Origin: Parcubacteria group bacterium GW2011_GWA1_56_13 | Lineage (GTDB): Bacteria > Patescibacteriota > Minisyncoccia > Phycocordibacterales > Phycocordibacteraceae | DNA: 47,759 bases | Direction of reading: 5' to 3' | Assembly: GCA_001004905.1 (NCBI GenBank) | Contig: LCRY01000004.1 | Span: forward strand, 1 to 47,759 | Part shown: positions 35,112 through 43,152 of the stretch, piece after piece | How positions within the stretch are numbered: the first letter of the stretch is position 1 | Layout of the letters: each line of letters begins with the position of its first letter | Program-made: the position numbers and the translations under genes | The notes under the pieces: generated by a model | Database searches by the model: none | What the model saw: only the letters and a program-made list of their open reading frames with translations | What the model was told of the DNA's origin: nothing

Positions 35112-35531
35112 TCACTTCACGTCGATGCCCATGCTCCGAGCGGTGCCCGCGATGAGGCGCGCGGCCGCCTCGGGAGAACTAGCATTCAGGTCGGGCATTT
35201 TTTCCTCGACGATGGCTGCGACCTGCGCTTTTGAAAGCGTACCCACTTTCTCCTCCTTCGCCTTGCCCGAACCCTTTTCAATGCCGAGTGCCTTCAGGAT
35301 GAGCCGAGAGGCGGGCGGGTTCTTCATGATAAACGTGAAAGAACGGTCATCGTAGACCGATATTTCTATCGGAATGATAGTTCCCTTCTTTTCCTTCGTG
35401 GCCTCGTTGAATTGGGTCACGAACTGGCCAATGTTCACGCCTGCGGGACCGAGCGCCGTACCGACCGGAGGCGCAGGCGTTGCCTGCCCGCCCGGGATCT
35501 GGAGTTTTATCTTTTTAACGACGGTGGCCAT
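35112..35531 (-). CDS. rplK: 50S ribosomal protein L11
   Basis: 139 aa with [34 protein letters not shown]. Confidence 0.96.
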   Translation of the reverse strand: MATVVKKIKLQIPGGQATPAPPVGTALGPAGVNIGQFVTQFNEATKEKKGTIIPIEISVYDDRSFTFIMKNPPASRLILKALGIEKGSGKAKEEKVGTLSKAQVAAIVEEKMPDLNASSPEAAARLIAGTARSMGIDVK

Positions 35532-35627
35532 ATAGGTAGAATCTATAGTAATAACTGCTTTGGGTCAATTTTGTGGCTTTGCCGCGCCGGAGCTCGGCAT
35601 ACGTGTGCACATTAGTTTGCAGACAAA

Positions 35628-36269
35628 CTAAAGTTTCCGTATTTGCAAAAAATCGAGCTCGACCGGCGTTTCGCGCCCGAACATCGAGACCATGACCTTC
35701 ACTTTGCCGCGGTCCTCGTCGATCTCGCCAACCTTGCCTTCCAGATCCTTGAAAGGACCATCGGCGATGACGACCTGGTCGTCCTTAACGAGGTCAATGT
35801 GGTGTTTCGGTGCCTCTGCCGTCATTCGCTTCATGAGGGACGCGACCTCGGATTCTTCCATCGGAACCGGAGTATTGCCGCTCCCGACAAAACCGGTGAC
35901 TCTGGGCGTGTTACGGACCACGAACCACGAATCGTCGTCTACGATCATGCGCACCAAGATATAGCCTGGGTATATTTTCTCCTCCTCGATGAGGCGCTTG
36001 CCGCCCTTTACGCGGATCTTCTTTTCGGTCGGAACGACGACGTCGAATATTTTGTTCTCCATACCGAGTGATTCGATACGTTGCTTCAGATTGCGCTCTA
36101 CGGCGTTTTCATATCCTGCGTAGGTGTGAATGGTGTACCAACGCGCATCCTCCTTGCGTGGCGCCGTTTCATCACGTACCTCCTTGCGTTCTGCGGGCGC
36201 GATATCCGCCATCCCGATCTCTTCGGGTAATTCCCTCTCGCCGCCGTGTGATGTCTGGGGGTCATCCAT
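35628..36269 (-). CDS. nusG: Transcription termination/antitermination factor NusG
   Basis: NGN domain (RWYTIHTYAGYENAVERNLKQRIE...) and KOW domain (VVIADGPFKDLEGKVGEIDEDRGKVKVMVSMFGRETPVEL). The start is uncertain, at either 36269 or 36212. Confidence 0.92.
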   Translation of the reverse strand: MDDPQTSHGGERELPEEIGMADIAPAERKEVRDETAPRKEDARWYTIHTYAGYENAVERNLKQRIESLGMENKIFDVVVPTEKKIRVKGGKRLIEEEKIYPGYILVRMIVDDDSWFVVRNTPRVTGFVGSGNTPVPMEESEVASLMKRMTAEAPKHHIDLVKDDQVVIADGPFKDLEGKVGEIDEDRGKVKVMVSMFGRETPVELDFLQIRKL

Positions 36270-36279
36270 AGGAAAAGGA

Positions 36280-36465
36280 CTACCCGCCAATGATACGGCC
36301 CACCACCAAACCGAAGAGATAATCAAAAAATCCGACAAGAAGCGCGATCGTTATCGCGATGCCGATGACCACGAGCGTGTGCGCGAGCGCCGTTCGATTG
36401 CTCGGCCATACGATGTGCGTGAACTCTTCTCGCACGTGCTTGAGATATGTGAAGGGTGAGGTCAT
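36280..36465 (-). CDS. secE: Preprotein translocase subunit SecE
   Basis: 61 aa. The sequence YLKHVREEFTHIVWPSNRTALAHTLVVIGIAITIALLVGFFDYLF has a single C-terminal TM helix. The gene sits in the canonical position upstream of nusG. Confidence 0.88.
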   Translation of the reverse strand: MTSPFTYLKHVREEFTHIVWPSNRTALAHTLVVIGIAITIALLVGFFDYLFGLVVGRIIGG

Positions 36466-36563
36466 GGCGACTATGTAGTTCGGTTAACCCAGTACTGCTT
36501 TTTTGTTTGCAGAAAAGTGGTACTGGGTGAATTAAAAAAGCCCTGCGGGCTTTCAACGTGGCT

Positions 36564-36625
36564 AGCATAGTATGCCGTCCTGAATACGTCAAGTGCGTTG
36601 ACAACGTACGCGAAAGCGATATAAC
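36564..36625. promoter_or_regulatory. Back-to-back divergent sigma70-type promoters
   Basis: The plus strand has TTGACA (36598-36603), a 16-nt spacer and TATAAC (36620-36625), pointing toward the lipoprotein gene. The minus strand has TTGACG (36592-36587), a 17-nt spacer and TATGCT (36569-36564), pointing toward secE. The two -35 boxes form the palindrome GTCAAgtgcgTTGAC. Confidence 0.5.
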
Positions 36626-36757
36626 TGCGCATAGAAGCTCTTCGAAAAGCAGTCCTTCGCCGCGGCAGAAAATGGCTAGAACATTGGCACTTTTCTGCTG
36701 TGGCGAATCCGGATCGGAAACGCTCGAACGGCGACATCTTTTTTCACGGAGGTTGTC

Positions 36758-37246
36758 ATGCGAAAATTAAAGGGAATTTTTGGCGTGTTGTGCGCCGCCA
36801 TCTTTCTCGGATTGGAAGGGTGTGTTGCCGCACCCTTTCTCATCGGGGCGGGAGCGGCTACTCCCAATATCGGAGAGATGGTTGATCGGGCGTCGACGGA
36901 CTCCGACATATCCTTCGTGGAACTCGTCGCGACAACGACCGCCGACGCTTTTGTGGAGAATACAAAGGCAACTGCTGTTCGCCTCGGCTACCGCGTGGAG
37001 AAAGTGGACGGCCAAGGACCTCTCGTGCGCGGCGTTCTCGTCGCCAAACAGTCCACAAACATCGGCGAAGCGTTCATCGGTAGGGACTGGAAATACCAGA
37101 TTGCCGTCAATCTCGATGCCGACGGCAAGACGGTGAAATTCCAGGCAACAACCGAAGGCAATAACCATAAGGCCGACCCCGGAACCGCCAAGGCAATCAT
37201 CGAAGAATTCAGACGCGGACTGCAAGAGCGCTATGCCAGCAAGTGA
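36758..37246 (+). CDS. Lipoprotein, function unknown
   Basis: A GGAGG Shine-Dalgarno sequence lies 5 nt upstream. The signal peptide has a lipobox (FLGLEGC). The product is 162 aa. Confidence 0.8.
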   Translation: MRKLKGIFGVLCAAIFLGLEGCVAAPFLIGAGAATPNIGEMVDRASTDSDISFVELVATTTADAFVENTKATAVRLGYRVEKVDGQGPLVRGVLVAKQSTNIGEAFIGRDWKYQIAVNLDADGKTVKFQATTEGNNHKADPGTAKAIIEEFRRGLQERYASK

Positions 37247-37263
37247 CCGTGCTCGCGCTTTCA

Positions 37264-37292
37264 CGGCTCCACCATGGGTGGAGCCGTTTTTT
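37264..37292 (+). terminator. Rho-independent terminator between convergent genes
   Basis: CGGCTCCACC-atg-GGTGGAGCCG followed by TTTTTT. Confidence 0.85.
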
Positions 37293-37300
37293 ACATGCGT

Positions 37301-38101
37301 TTATCGGATCTCGTAGGTGATGGAAACGGACGCGGTGTAGGTATTCTCGCCGGCCGGAACATCCGGAGCGACGGCCTTGGATTCTGCCGCGCCGCCGCCC
37401 ATGCCGTACATCATCGGGTACGGATACCCGCCAGAGGATTCGCTGAAGTTCACTATTTTCCCGAGACGGACGCCGAGTTGGTTAGCCAGGAGTTTCGCCT
37501 GCGCTTTTGCTTGGCTGATCGCATCGGCGCGCGCGGCGTTATAACCTGCCGTTGCGTCATCAAGCGCGAATGCGGGGCCGTTTACGTTCTGCACGCCGAG
37601 CTTTCCGAGCCCGCCGAGAAGCGGACCCACTTTCGACAGGTCGCGTACCGTCACTTCAACCGTTTCAGAGACCTGATAGCCGATTACTTTCGGCGCACCG
37701 CCGTACGCAGGACAGATCTCCCCGCGCAAGCAGGGATTCGGATATGAGTATTGGGGGGAAATGTTGTAGGAGAGGGTTCGTATGTCCGCGTCCGCAACGC
37801 CCTGTTCTTTCACGTAATCAAGCGCGTCATTCGCCTGCTCCGTGGTGGCTTCTTGCGCTTCCATGACGGTCGCCGACGTATGCTGAACGGTGAAGGAGAT
37901 CCTCGCGACATCCGGTGCGATGGTCGCCTGGCCGTCGCCCTGCACCGTGACCGTGTCGGTCGCGGGCGTATTCGGCCGACCGAGATTTGTTGCGAGCGTT
38001 ATGGTCTGAACGAGCAAAAAGAGCGCGAGAATGCCCAAGGCGCATATAACGGCGACGCGCACCCCGCGATTATCGAACATATCGTATAAAGAATTGTTCA
38101 T
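37301..38101 (-). CDS. SIMPL-domain (DUF541) periplasmic/secreted protein
   Basis: 266 aa with an N-terminal TM or signal helix. The pattern VTVQGDGQATIAPDVARISFTV ... IGYQVSETVEVTVRDLSKVG ... SVSITYEI is typical of SIMPL proteins. Confidence 0.8.
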   Translation of the reverse strand: MNNSLYDMFDNRGVRVAVICALGILALFLLVQTITLATNLGRPNTPATDTVTVQGDGQATIAPDVARISFTVQHTSATVMEAQEATTEQANDALDYVKEQGVADADIRTLSYNISPQYSYPNPCLRGEICPAYGGAPKVIGYQVSETVEVTVRDLSKVGPLLGGLGKLGVQNVNGPAFALDDATAGYNAARADAISQAKAQAKLLANQLGVRLGKIVNFSESSGGYPYPMMYGMGGGAAESKAVAPDVPAGENTYTASVSITYEIR

Positions 38102-38141
38102 CGGAAAAGTAAGTTACGGTTCGTTCCATTGTAACACTCGC

Positions 38142-38786
38142 TCATCCGCCTTCAAGGGTGGAGAGCATCTTTTGCAACGCCGCGTTCGCCGGCAACGCGG
38201 AAACAGCCAGATTAGGGTTGGTCCAGTTCATGACGTCTCTATCAATGGCATCAAAACGCAGTACGTCCGTGCTACGCGCCAAATAATACGCGGTATCGAC
38301 GACTCCTTCAAAGCGTTCTATGGCAACGACCGTGAAGCGGTGGGTTTCGAGGATGACCGATGAAAAGGCGGTCGCGGGCACCGGTGCGCCCGAGGGGGCG
38401 CCAATGGCCGTCTGCTGAATGGTCATAAGAGCGGTGGACGACGCCAGAATGGCGTAGCGCCTGACGATAATGCTGGCAGAGCTCGTCGAGACATTCATGG
38501 CTTCGTACGCGACAACGCTCGCCGCATCGGGAAGCACGGCGGTAGCGACGAATCCATCAGGCACAGCATATGCGATCGCAATATCCGGCAAAGAAACATT
38601 CGGTGGCGGGCACGCCGCAAACATGCACGAGTTCCCCGTGCGCGAGACCGATGTGCCATCCGGACAGGTCTTGGCATCCAAGGGACAGGTGATCGGACGC
38701 GACGGATGTTCGACCGCATTCCGATACACGAGCCCGCCGAAACCGACAACGATAATGAGGACGATGCCGAAAAATAAGCTCTTCAT
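38142..38786 (-). CDS. Membrane-anchored secreted protein with an N-proximal Cys motif
   Basis: 214 aa. A TM helix is followed by CPLDAKTCPDGTSVSRTGNSCMFAACP, a C-x-D-x-K-x-CPDG-S-x-V-x-R...C-x-F-x-x-CP pattern recurrent in CPR hypothetical proteins. Confidence 0.7.
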   Translation of the reverse strand: MKSLFFGIVLIIVVGFGGLVYRNAVEHPSRPITCPLDAKTCPDGTSVSRTGNSCMFAACPPPNVSLPDIAIAYAVPDGFVATAVLPDAASVVAYEAMNVSTSSASIIVRRYAILASSTALMTIQQTAIGAPSGAPVPATAFSSVILETHRFTVVAIERFEGVVDTAYYLARSTDVLRFDAIDRDVMNWTNPNLAVSALPANAALQKMLSTLEGG

Positions 38787-38871
38787 GCGCGAATGATATC
38801 ACTTGCGACGGGACGACAAAAGCGTATAGTTTTTTCTGGAAGCTCAATACATTCCGCGAGAGGAAGAGAAA

Positions 38872-39323
38872 ATGACGAAGATCCTTGCGTGCATCGTGCT
38901 GTGCCTTCCGCTCGCGGCAGCGGCGGAGGCAAAAGGGAAAAAGGAAAGGCGCAACCGCAGGCGAACTCGGCGAGCGTGACCGAGGAAAAAATTGTGTACG
39001 GGCCGGCATTCAGCGTCAAATGCTCGCCGCCCTCTATCTCGAAAGAACGGATCGTGCTGAAGGCGACCCATCCGCTCGGCTTTTTCGGGAGAGCGCCGAC
39101 CGTCAATGAAGTCATTCTTGCGGTGACGAACGAAGGCGGCGTGAGGACGGCAACGGTCATAGCGAACGACAACTATGAAGTGAACGCCAAAGGCGTACGC
39201 ACGGGCGCAAAGTTGCCGACAGTCGAGGCGTACGTCTGGCGCTACTGCCTCCGGCACTTGCCGGAGAACGTGCGGGCCCTCATAGCGGGCAAGGAGATGG
39301 ATCTTCTTATCTGGAAACGCTAA
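38872..39323 (+). CDS. Hypothetical, possibly secreted, protein whose reading frame is broken at an A/G tract
   Basis: A Shine-Dalgarno sequence (GAGAGGAAGAG) and the ATG at 38872 encode a signal-peptide-like MTKILACIVLCLPLAAAAEA, which stops after 35 codons. The long ORF body (to 39323) is in the -1 frame. The switch point is GCAAAAGGGAAAAAGGAAAGG. An alternative in-frame GTG start lies at 38994. Confidence 0.4.
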
Positions 39324-39331
39324 TGGTCCCC

Positions 39332-39366
39332 ACGGCCTCCGTTCCTGCGGAGGCCGTTTCTTATTT
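39332..39366 (+). terminator. Rho-independent terminator
   Basis: ACGGCCTCCG-ttcctg-CGGAGGCCGT followed by TTCTTATTT. Confidence 0.8.
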
Positions 39367-39373
39367 CTTATTT

Positions 39374-39447
39374 GGGCGGCTATCGGGAATTGAACCCGAA
39401 TTGAGAGCTCCACAAGCTCCAGTGTTGACCGTTACACCATAGCCGCC
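39374..39447 (-). tRNA. tRNA-His (anticodon GTG) with an encoded G-1
   Basis: The cloverleaf folds by hand. G-1 pairs with C73, and the acceptor stem is GCGGCTA/TAGCCGC. The anticodon arm is GGAGC-TTGTGGA-GCTCT. The T arm is TCGGG-TTCAATT-CCCGA. The 3' trailer is CAA, with no encoded CCA. Confidence 0.9.
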
Positions 39448-39501
39448 ATGCTTGCCCATGCGAGCGTAAGATTTTTATAACACAAAAATACAAAACATGC
39501 C

Positions 39502-40035
39502 CTAATACCGCGGATTTTCTTCCGCGACGCCCTTGAGATGGTTCGCGAGTCGCGCGAGCGCGAAGAGAAGCGACGAAAGACGGTTGAGGTACGCCATGGT
39601 AAAAGACGACATATCGCGTAGGCGCCTTTCTTTGACCGCAATGACGCGGCGCTCCGCTCGGCGAGCGAGCGTGCGCGCGATATCGAGCAAAGCGGACAGT
39701 TCGGTCCCTCCCGCGACCGAAAATCCCTTCAAGGGCGGAATTTCTTTTTCAATACCGTTCACTAATGTCTCGATCCCTCGTACTGCCTGCTCGCTCACTT
39801 TCTTGTCCGCGCCCGCAACCTCCGCCTGGACGATAAAAAGCGTTTCCTGCACCTCGCGCAAAGCGCCTGCGATGCGCGGCTCTTCCGCAGCGCGCACCTT
39901 CGCGAATCCGAGGAAGGCGTTTAATTCGTCGAGTGAACCGAGCGCTTCCGGCAATTCCGACGACTTCGAAATGCGCCGCTGGTCGCAGCCGAACGCCGTT
40001 GTCATTCCCCCATCTCCTTTGCCGCTATAGAGCAT
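39502..40035 (-). CDS. PduO-type ATP:cob(I)alamin adenosyltransferase family protein
   Basis: 177 aa. The N-terminus reads GKGDGGMTTAFGCDQRRISKSSELPEALGSLDELNAFLG. The helical bundle contains LFIVQAEV and SFTMAYLNRLSSLLFALAR. Confidence 0.8.
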   Translation of the reverse strand: MLYSGKGDGGMTTAFGCDQRRISKSSELPEALGSLDELNAFLGFAKVRAAEEPRIAGALREVQETLFIVQAEVAGADKKVSEQAVRGIETLVNGIEKEIPPLKGFSVAGGTELSALLDIARTLARRAERRVIAVKERRLRDMSSFTMAYLNRLSSLLFALARLANHLKGVAEENPRY

Positions 40036-40067
40036 GGAAAGCAGTATACACCTCGTTTTTAGAGGTA

Positions 40068-40096
40068 TTGACTTTTTTTACAAATAGTGCTAATCT
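40068..40096 (+). promoter_or_regulatory. Near-consensus sigma70 promoter
   Basis: TTGACT, a 17-nt spacer and TAATCT, about 28 nt upstream of the 40125 ATG. Confidence 0.5.
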
Positions 40097-40124
40097 GCAG
40101 AAGGACAATAACTTGGGGGATCAA

Positions 40125-40277
40125 ATGATACCGACTGACCTTCGCCATTACCGCCATAGAAGTTGGGTGGAGTGGCTGGACAAGGACGTGAGGTTCGGGC
40201 TTACGCCGAAACTGGTCATCATCCTCGTGCTCATCGGGGTGGCCTTCGGAATCGACTTAATCGCCCGAGGTGGTTAA
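40125..40277 (+). CDS. Small membrane protein (50 aa)
   Basis: A Shine-Dalgarno sequence (GGGGGA) lies 4 nt upstream. The product has one TM helix (LVIILVLIGVAFGIDLI). A hairpin GCTCGGC...GCCGAGC plus a T-rich tract follows at 40288-40330. Confidence 0.5.
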   Translation: MIPTDLRHYRHRSWVEWLDKDVRFGLTPKLVIILVLIGVAFGIDLIARGG

Positions 40278-40374
40278 GCATCGACGGGCTCGGCGGTACG
40301 TCACTGCCGAGCTCGTATCATTTGCTTTTCGGCGTCTCAGATAGTAACTTAAACAAGGACTACAAGGGGGGACG

Positions 40375-40633
40375 ATGAGGAAAATGCGGCGATTGCTTAG
40401 CAGGATGCGAGGCATCCTGCTCGAAGAGAAGTTGTTCCTGGCACCGGAATCGGTGGCTGTGGGGGGGGAGAACGGACTGGCTTCCGCGCTTCTGGGATAT
40501 TTACAGAATTAGGACCGGCGTTCTCGTCGTGATGTTCATTCTTGGCCTGGTGGGTTCGACGGCTGCCGCTCTGTACACGACGGAAGAGTGGAGAGAGGTT
40601 GTCGGCCTAATCCATCGACTGTTTTTGCAGTGA
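40375..40633 (+). CDS. Small membrane protein gene split by a G8 homopolymer (frame change needed)
   Basis: A Shine-Dalgarno sequence (GGGGGGA) and the ATG at 40375 open a 45-codon frame ending at 40512. The +1 frame continues from the G8 run (40461-40468) through a TM helix (GVLVVMFILGLVGSTAAAL) to a TGA at 40631-40633. A terminator follows at 40644-40673. Confidence 0.35.
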
Positions 40634-40771
40634 AAAACGAAGGGCCCGGAGCGCATGCGCGCCCCGGGCTTTTAGTTTGCATGGTTTGACTCCCTGCACC
40701 ATTAGGAGTAGAACGGGAACGGCACAGGGAGCAGTACTTTGATGTCCGCTGGATGCAGAGAGGGGGAAGAA

Positions 40772-41671
40772 ATGAACAGAACGATCGTAGCGTTTACCGT
40801 CATCGCCCTTGGGGGGTGCGGCGGTATGCAGCAGAAAGAGCCGGTGCGGCTCGAACCGTTCGTGGCGAATGAGGCACTCGTCAAGGATGAAACGCCCGAT
40901 GACGGCCGCAAGGGAGACGGGCTGAAACTTCGGCACGCACAGGAAGAGGACTCTGGCAGCTACCCGCCGAAAACCCCCGCGCATGACGTGATTTTCTTTT
41001 ACGTGCGCGTGGCGTTATCGCCTGCGGAACGCTCTCCGGGACTCGGAACGCTCTCGGTGGCGCAAGGGCAGAGACAAATCGCGGATCTCATCCAACGAGC
41101 GAGCCGACAAATCCGAAAACCAGGGGCGTCGCACGGGATCGGGAGCAGAATTTCGCTCGAAAACCTCGTGCAAGCAGGAATGTTCCCGGTAGAACAAGAC
41201 CCGTGGAGAGCCGCCATTTCCGACACGTCGAAAGACCTTGATTACACGAGATTCGAAGTCGACCTCGAGAAAAAACGGAAATGGGCGGTTAATATCTGGG
41301 GACGTTCGGACCACGAAGGGCCGGCGAAAAACAAGAATGAGAACAACGGCGGCATCGGTCTGCGCCTTTTTCTCGACGAACGTTCGTTCTTATCGGCGGA
41401 TTTCTTGCGGAACTCGGCCCGTGGCGATACGAAGATCCTGACGTGGGGCCGCGAGTGGAAGATGTTCGAGATTTGGGGCTACCAATTCTCATGGGTCGCG
41501 AACCTGTCCCACATACGGTATGTGATACCCGGCAAAGGCGTCGTGCACGTCCCCATAATTCCCATACCGGCCCTGGCCATCAGGAACGGCGATTGGGCCA
41601 TGAACGCGGCGTACCTCAAGGACGGCAATAAAGACGCGGTTCTCATTGGTTTTCTTTCCTGGTTCTTTTAG
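40772..41671 (+). CDS. Lipoprotein, function unknown
   Basis: A Shine-Dalgarno sequence (GGGGGA) lies 4 nt upstream. The lipobox is IALGGC. The product is 299 aa with a C-terminal aromatic end (LSWFF). A terminator AAGTCGCATC...GATGCGACTT lies at 41676-41716. Confidence 0.75.
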   Translation: MNRTIVAFTVIALGGCGGMQQKEPVRLEPFVANEALVKDETPDDGRKGDGLKLRHAQEEDSGSYPPKTPAHDVIFFYVRVALSPAERSPGLGTLSVAQGQRQIADLIQRASRQIRKPGASHGIGSRISLENLVQAGMFPVEQDPWRAAISDTSKDLDYTRFEVDLEKKRKWAVNIWGRSDHEGPAKNKNENNGGIGLRLFLDERSFLSADFLRNSARGDTKILTWGREWKMFEIWGYQFSWVANLSHIRYVIPGKGVVHVPIIPIPALAIRNGDWAMNAAYLKDGNKDAVLIGFLSWFF

Positions 41672-41717
41672 GAAAAAGTCGCATCTCGCAACGCGCGGGA
41701 TGCGACTTCATCTTTTG

Positions 41718-41801
41718 TGCGCAGGAGAGGACTCGAACCTCCAATCCCTTGCGGGAGCTACCACCTCAAGGTAGTGCGTCTACCAATTTCGCCACCTGCG
41801 C
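41718..41801 (-). tRNA. tRNA-Leu (anticodon GAG), long variable arm
   Basis: The acceptor stem is GCGCAGG/CCTGCGC. The anticodon arm is CTACC-TTGAGGT-GGTAG. The T loop is TTCGAGT. The 3' trailer is CAA. Confidence 0.92.
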
Positions 41802-41811
41802 AGTGGAAATA

Positions 41812-42303
41812 CTATACTACAACTTCTTCTTTTTTCTCTTCTGCAGTCGGTGTCTCCGGTTCGATTTCGGAAGCTCCCTCCTCGGACTTCATTGCTTCAT
41901 CGCTTTTCACGTTCAGCATGCGCGCGTTCCGGAGCTGGCGACGGACGGCTTTCGTCGCCTTCTCGCGGATGAAATAGAGCTTGGCGCGGCGGACGCCGGA
42001 GCGCTTTACTATCTCGATGGAGTCGATAACGGGAGAATACAGCGGGAAGGTCTTTTCTACACCGACGCCGGAGAGGGTGGCGCGGACGGTAAAGGTTGCA
42101 CCGGCTTCTCTTCCGTGTTTCACCGAGAGAACAAGACCTTCAAACGTCTGCTTGCGGGCATTCTTGATGGTTTTCTCTTTCTTGTCGGTGCCGCGACCTT
42201 TCTTCATCTCGACGATGTTTTGCACGACGCGCACGGTGTCGCCCGGGCGGATGCCCAGCGTTGCGCGCCCTTCTGCGTTGACCGGAGTCATGACATTCTG
42301 CAT
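41812..42303 (-). CDS. rplS: 50S ribosomal protein L19, with a C-terminal acidic extension
   Basis: The sequence IRPGDTVRV...FEGLVLSVKHGREAGATFTVR...GVEKTFPLYSPVIDSIEIVKRSGVRRAKLYFIRE aligns to L19. Confidence 0.92.
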   Translation of the reverse strand: MQNVMTPVNAEGRATLGIRPGDTVRVVQNIVEMKKGRGTDKKEKTIKNARKQTFEGLVLSVKHGREAGATFTVRATLSGVGVEKTFPLYSPVIDSIEIVKRSGVRRAKLYFIREKATKAVRRQLRNARMLNVKSDEAMKSEEGASEIEPETPTAEEKKEEVVV

Positions 42304-42371
42304 GTGCCGCGCACTCTAGCATGGCCAGCACCAAACGCAAAATTCAAAGCGTTTGGTGCTGGCCACGCGTC

Positions 42372-43130
42372 TTACGCTGGGGAAAATCCTTTCGCTTCGG
42401 GGAAATATGCGAGCGCCCTCGTGAAATCCTCCGGTAGGGGCGCTTCGAAGCGGCGGCGCTCGCCAGAAGGAAGCGTCAGAGCAAGCGAGAGCGCGTGGAG
42501 TGCCGTGCGGGAGAATCCCAAAAGGCACGGGCGCCCTTTGGCGTAGAGCGGATCGCAGATCACGGGATGGTTTAAGTATTTAAGATGCACCCGTATCTGA
42601 TGAGTGCGGCCCGTTTTCGGCTTCACTTCCAGGTACGCCACGGTATCCGCCGTCCTCGGGTCGGCGCCGCGCAGAAGCGTCCGCCATTCGGTAACGGCCG
42701 CTCGAGAAATCTTCCCCTCGCCCTCGCGCGCAACCCCCCAGCGCGGCGGTATCGAACGAAGGCGTACGATCTCGGCCTCGATGGTTCCCCGCTCTGCCTC
42801 CGGATGTCCATAGACAAACGCGCGATACACTTTCTCCGTAGAACGGTCTTGAAATTGCTGTTTGAGGAAGGCGTACGCCTCTTCAGTTTTTGCAAGGATG
42901 AGAACGCCCGACGTGTCGCGGTCAAGCCGATGCACGATACCGGGGCGCGGGACCACCTCGCCTTGGGGCGAGGTCCACGGCTCGCCGACTTGGGAGAGTT
43001 CGGGGTAGTGAGCAAGTACCCACGCGGCCACCGACGGCTCCCTGGTGCGCCCGTCGGCATGCGTAATGAGCCTCGCCGGTTTGGCGACCGCGACTACATC
43101 CGCATCTTCATAGAGGATCGGGAGTTCCAC
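42372..43130 (-). CDS. RluA-family pseudouridine synthase
   Basis: Motifs ILYEDADVVAVAKPA, the catalytic HRLDRDTSG and GRTHQIRVH are present. The start is set at the in-frame GTG at 43130. The longer track ORF would overlap uppS by 250 nt. Confidence 0.85.
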   Translation of the reverse strand: MELPILYEDADVVAVAKPARLITHADGRTREPSVAAWVLAHYPELSQVGEPWTSPQGEVVPRPGIVHRLDRDTSGVLILAKTEEAYAFLKQQFQDRSTEKVYRAFVYGHPEAERGTIEAEIVRLRSIPPRWGVAREGEGKISRAAVTEWRTLLRGADPRTADTVAYLEVKPKTGRTHQIRVHLKYLNHPVICDPLYAKGRPCLLGFSRTALHALSLALTLPSGERRRFEAPLPEDFTRALAYFPEAKGFSPA

Positions 43131-43152
43131 CCTCGTACCGTACCACTTTTTG

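Noticed and set aside
36471-36737. 88-aa minus ORF; also looked here for rpmG (L33) or tRNA-Trp, which often precede secE
   Set aside because: The translation bears no resemblance to L33, and no tRNA cloverleaf or T-loop (GTTCGAATC-like) is present. The region is better explained by divergent promoters and a leader.
40607-40984. 125-aa minus-strand ORF
   Set aside because: It is antisense to the Shine-Dalgarno-led lipoprotein gene and spans a plus-strand terminator.
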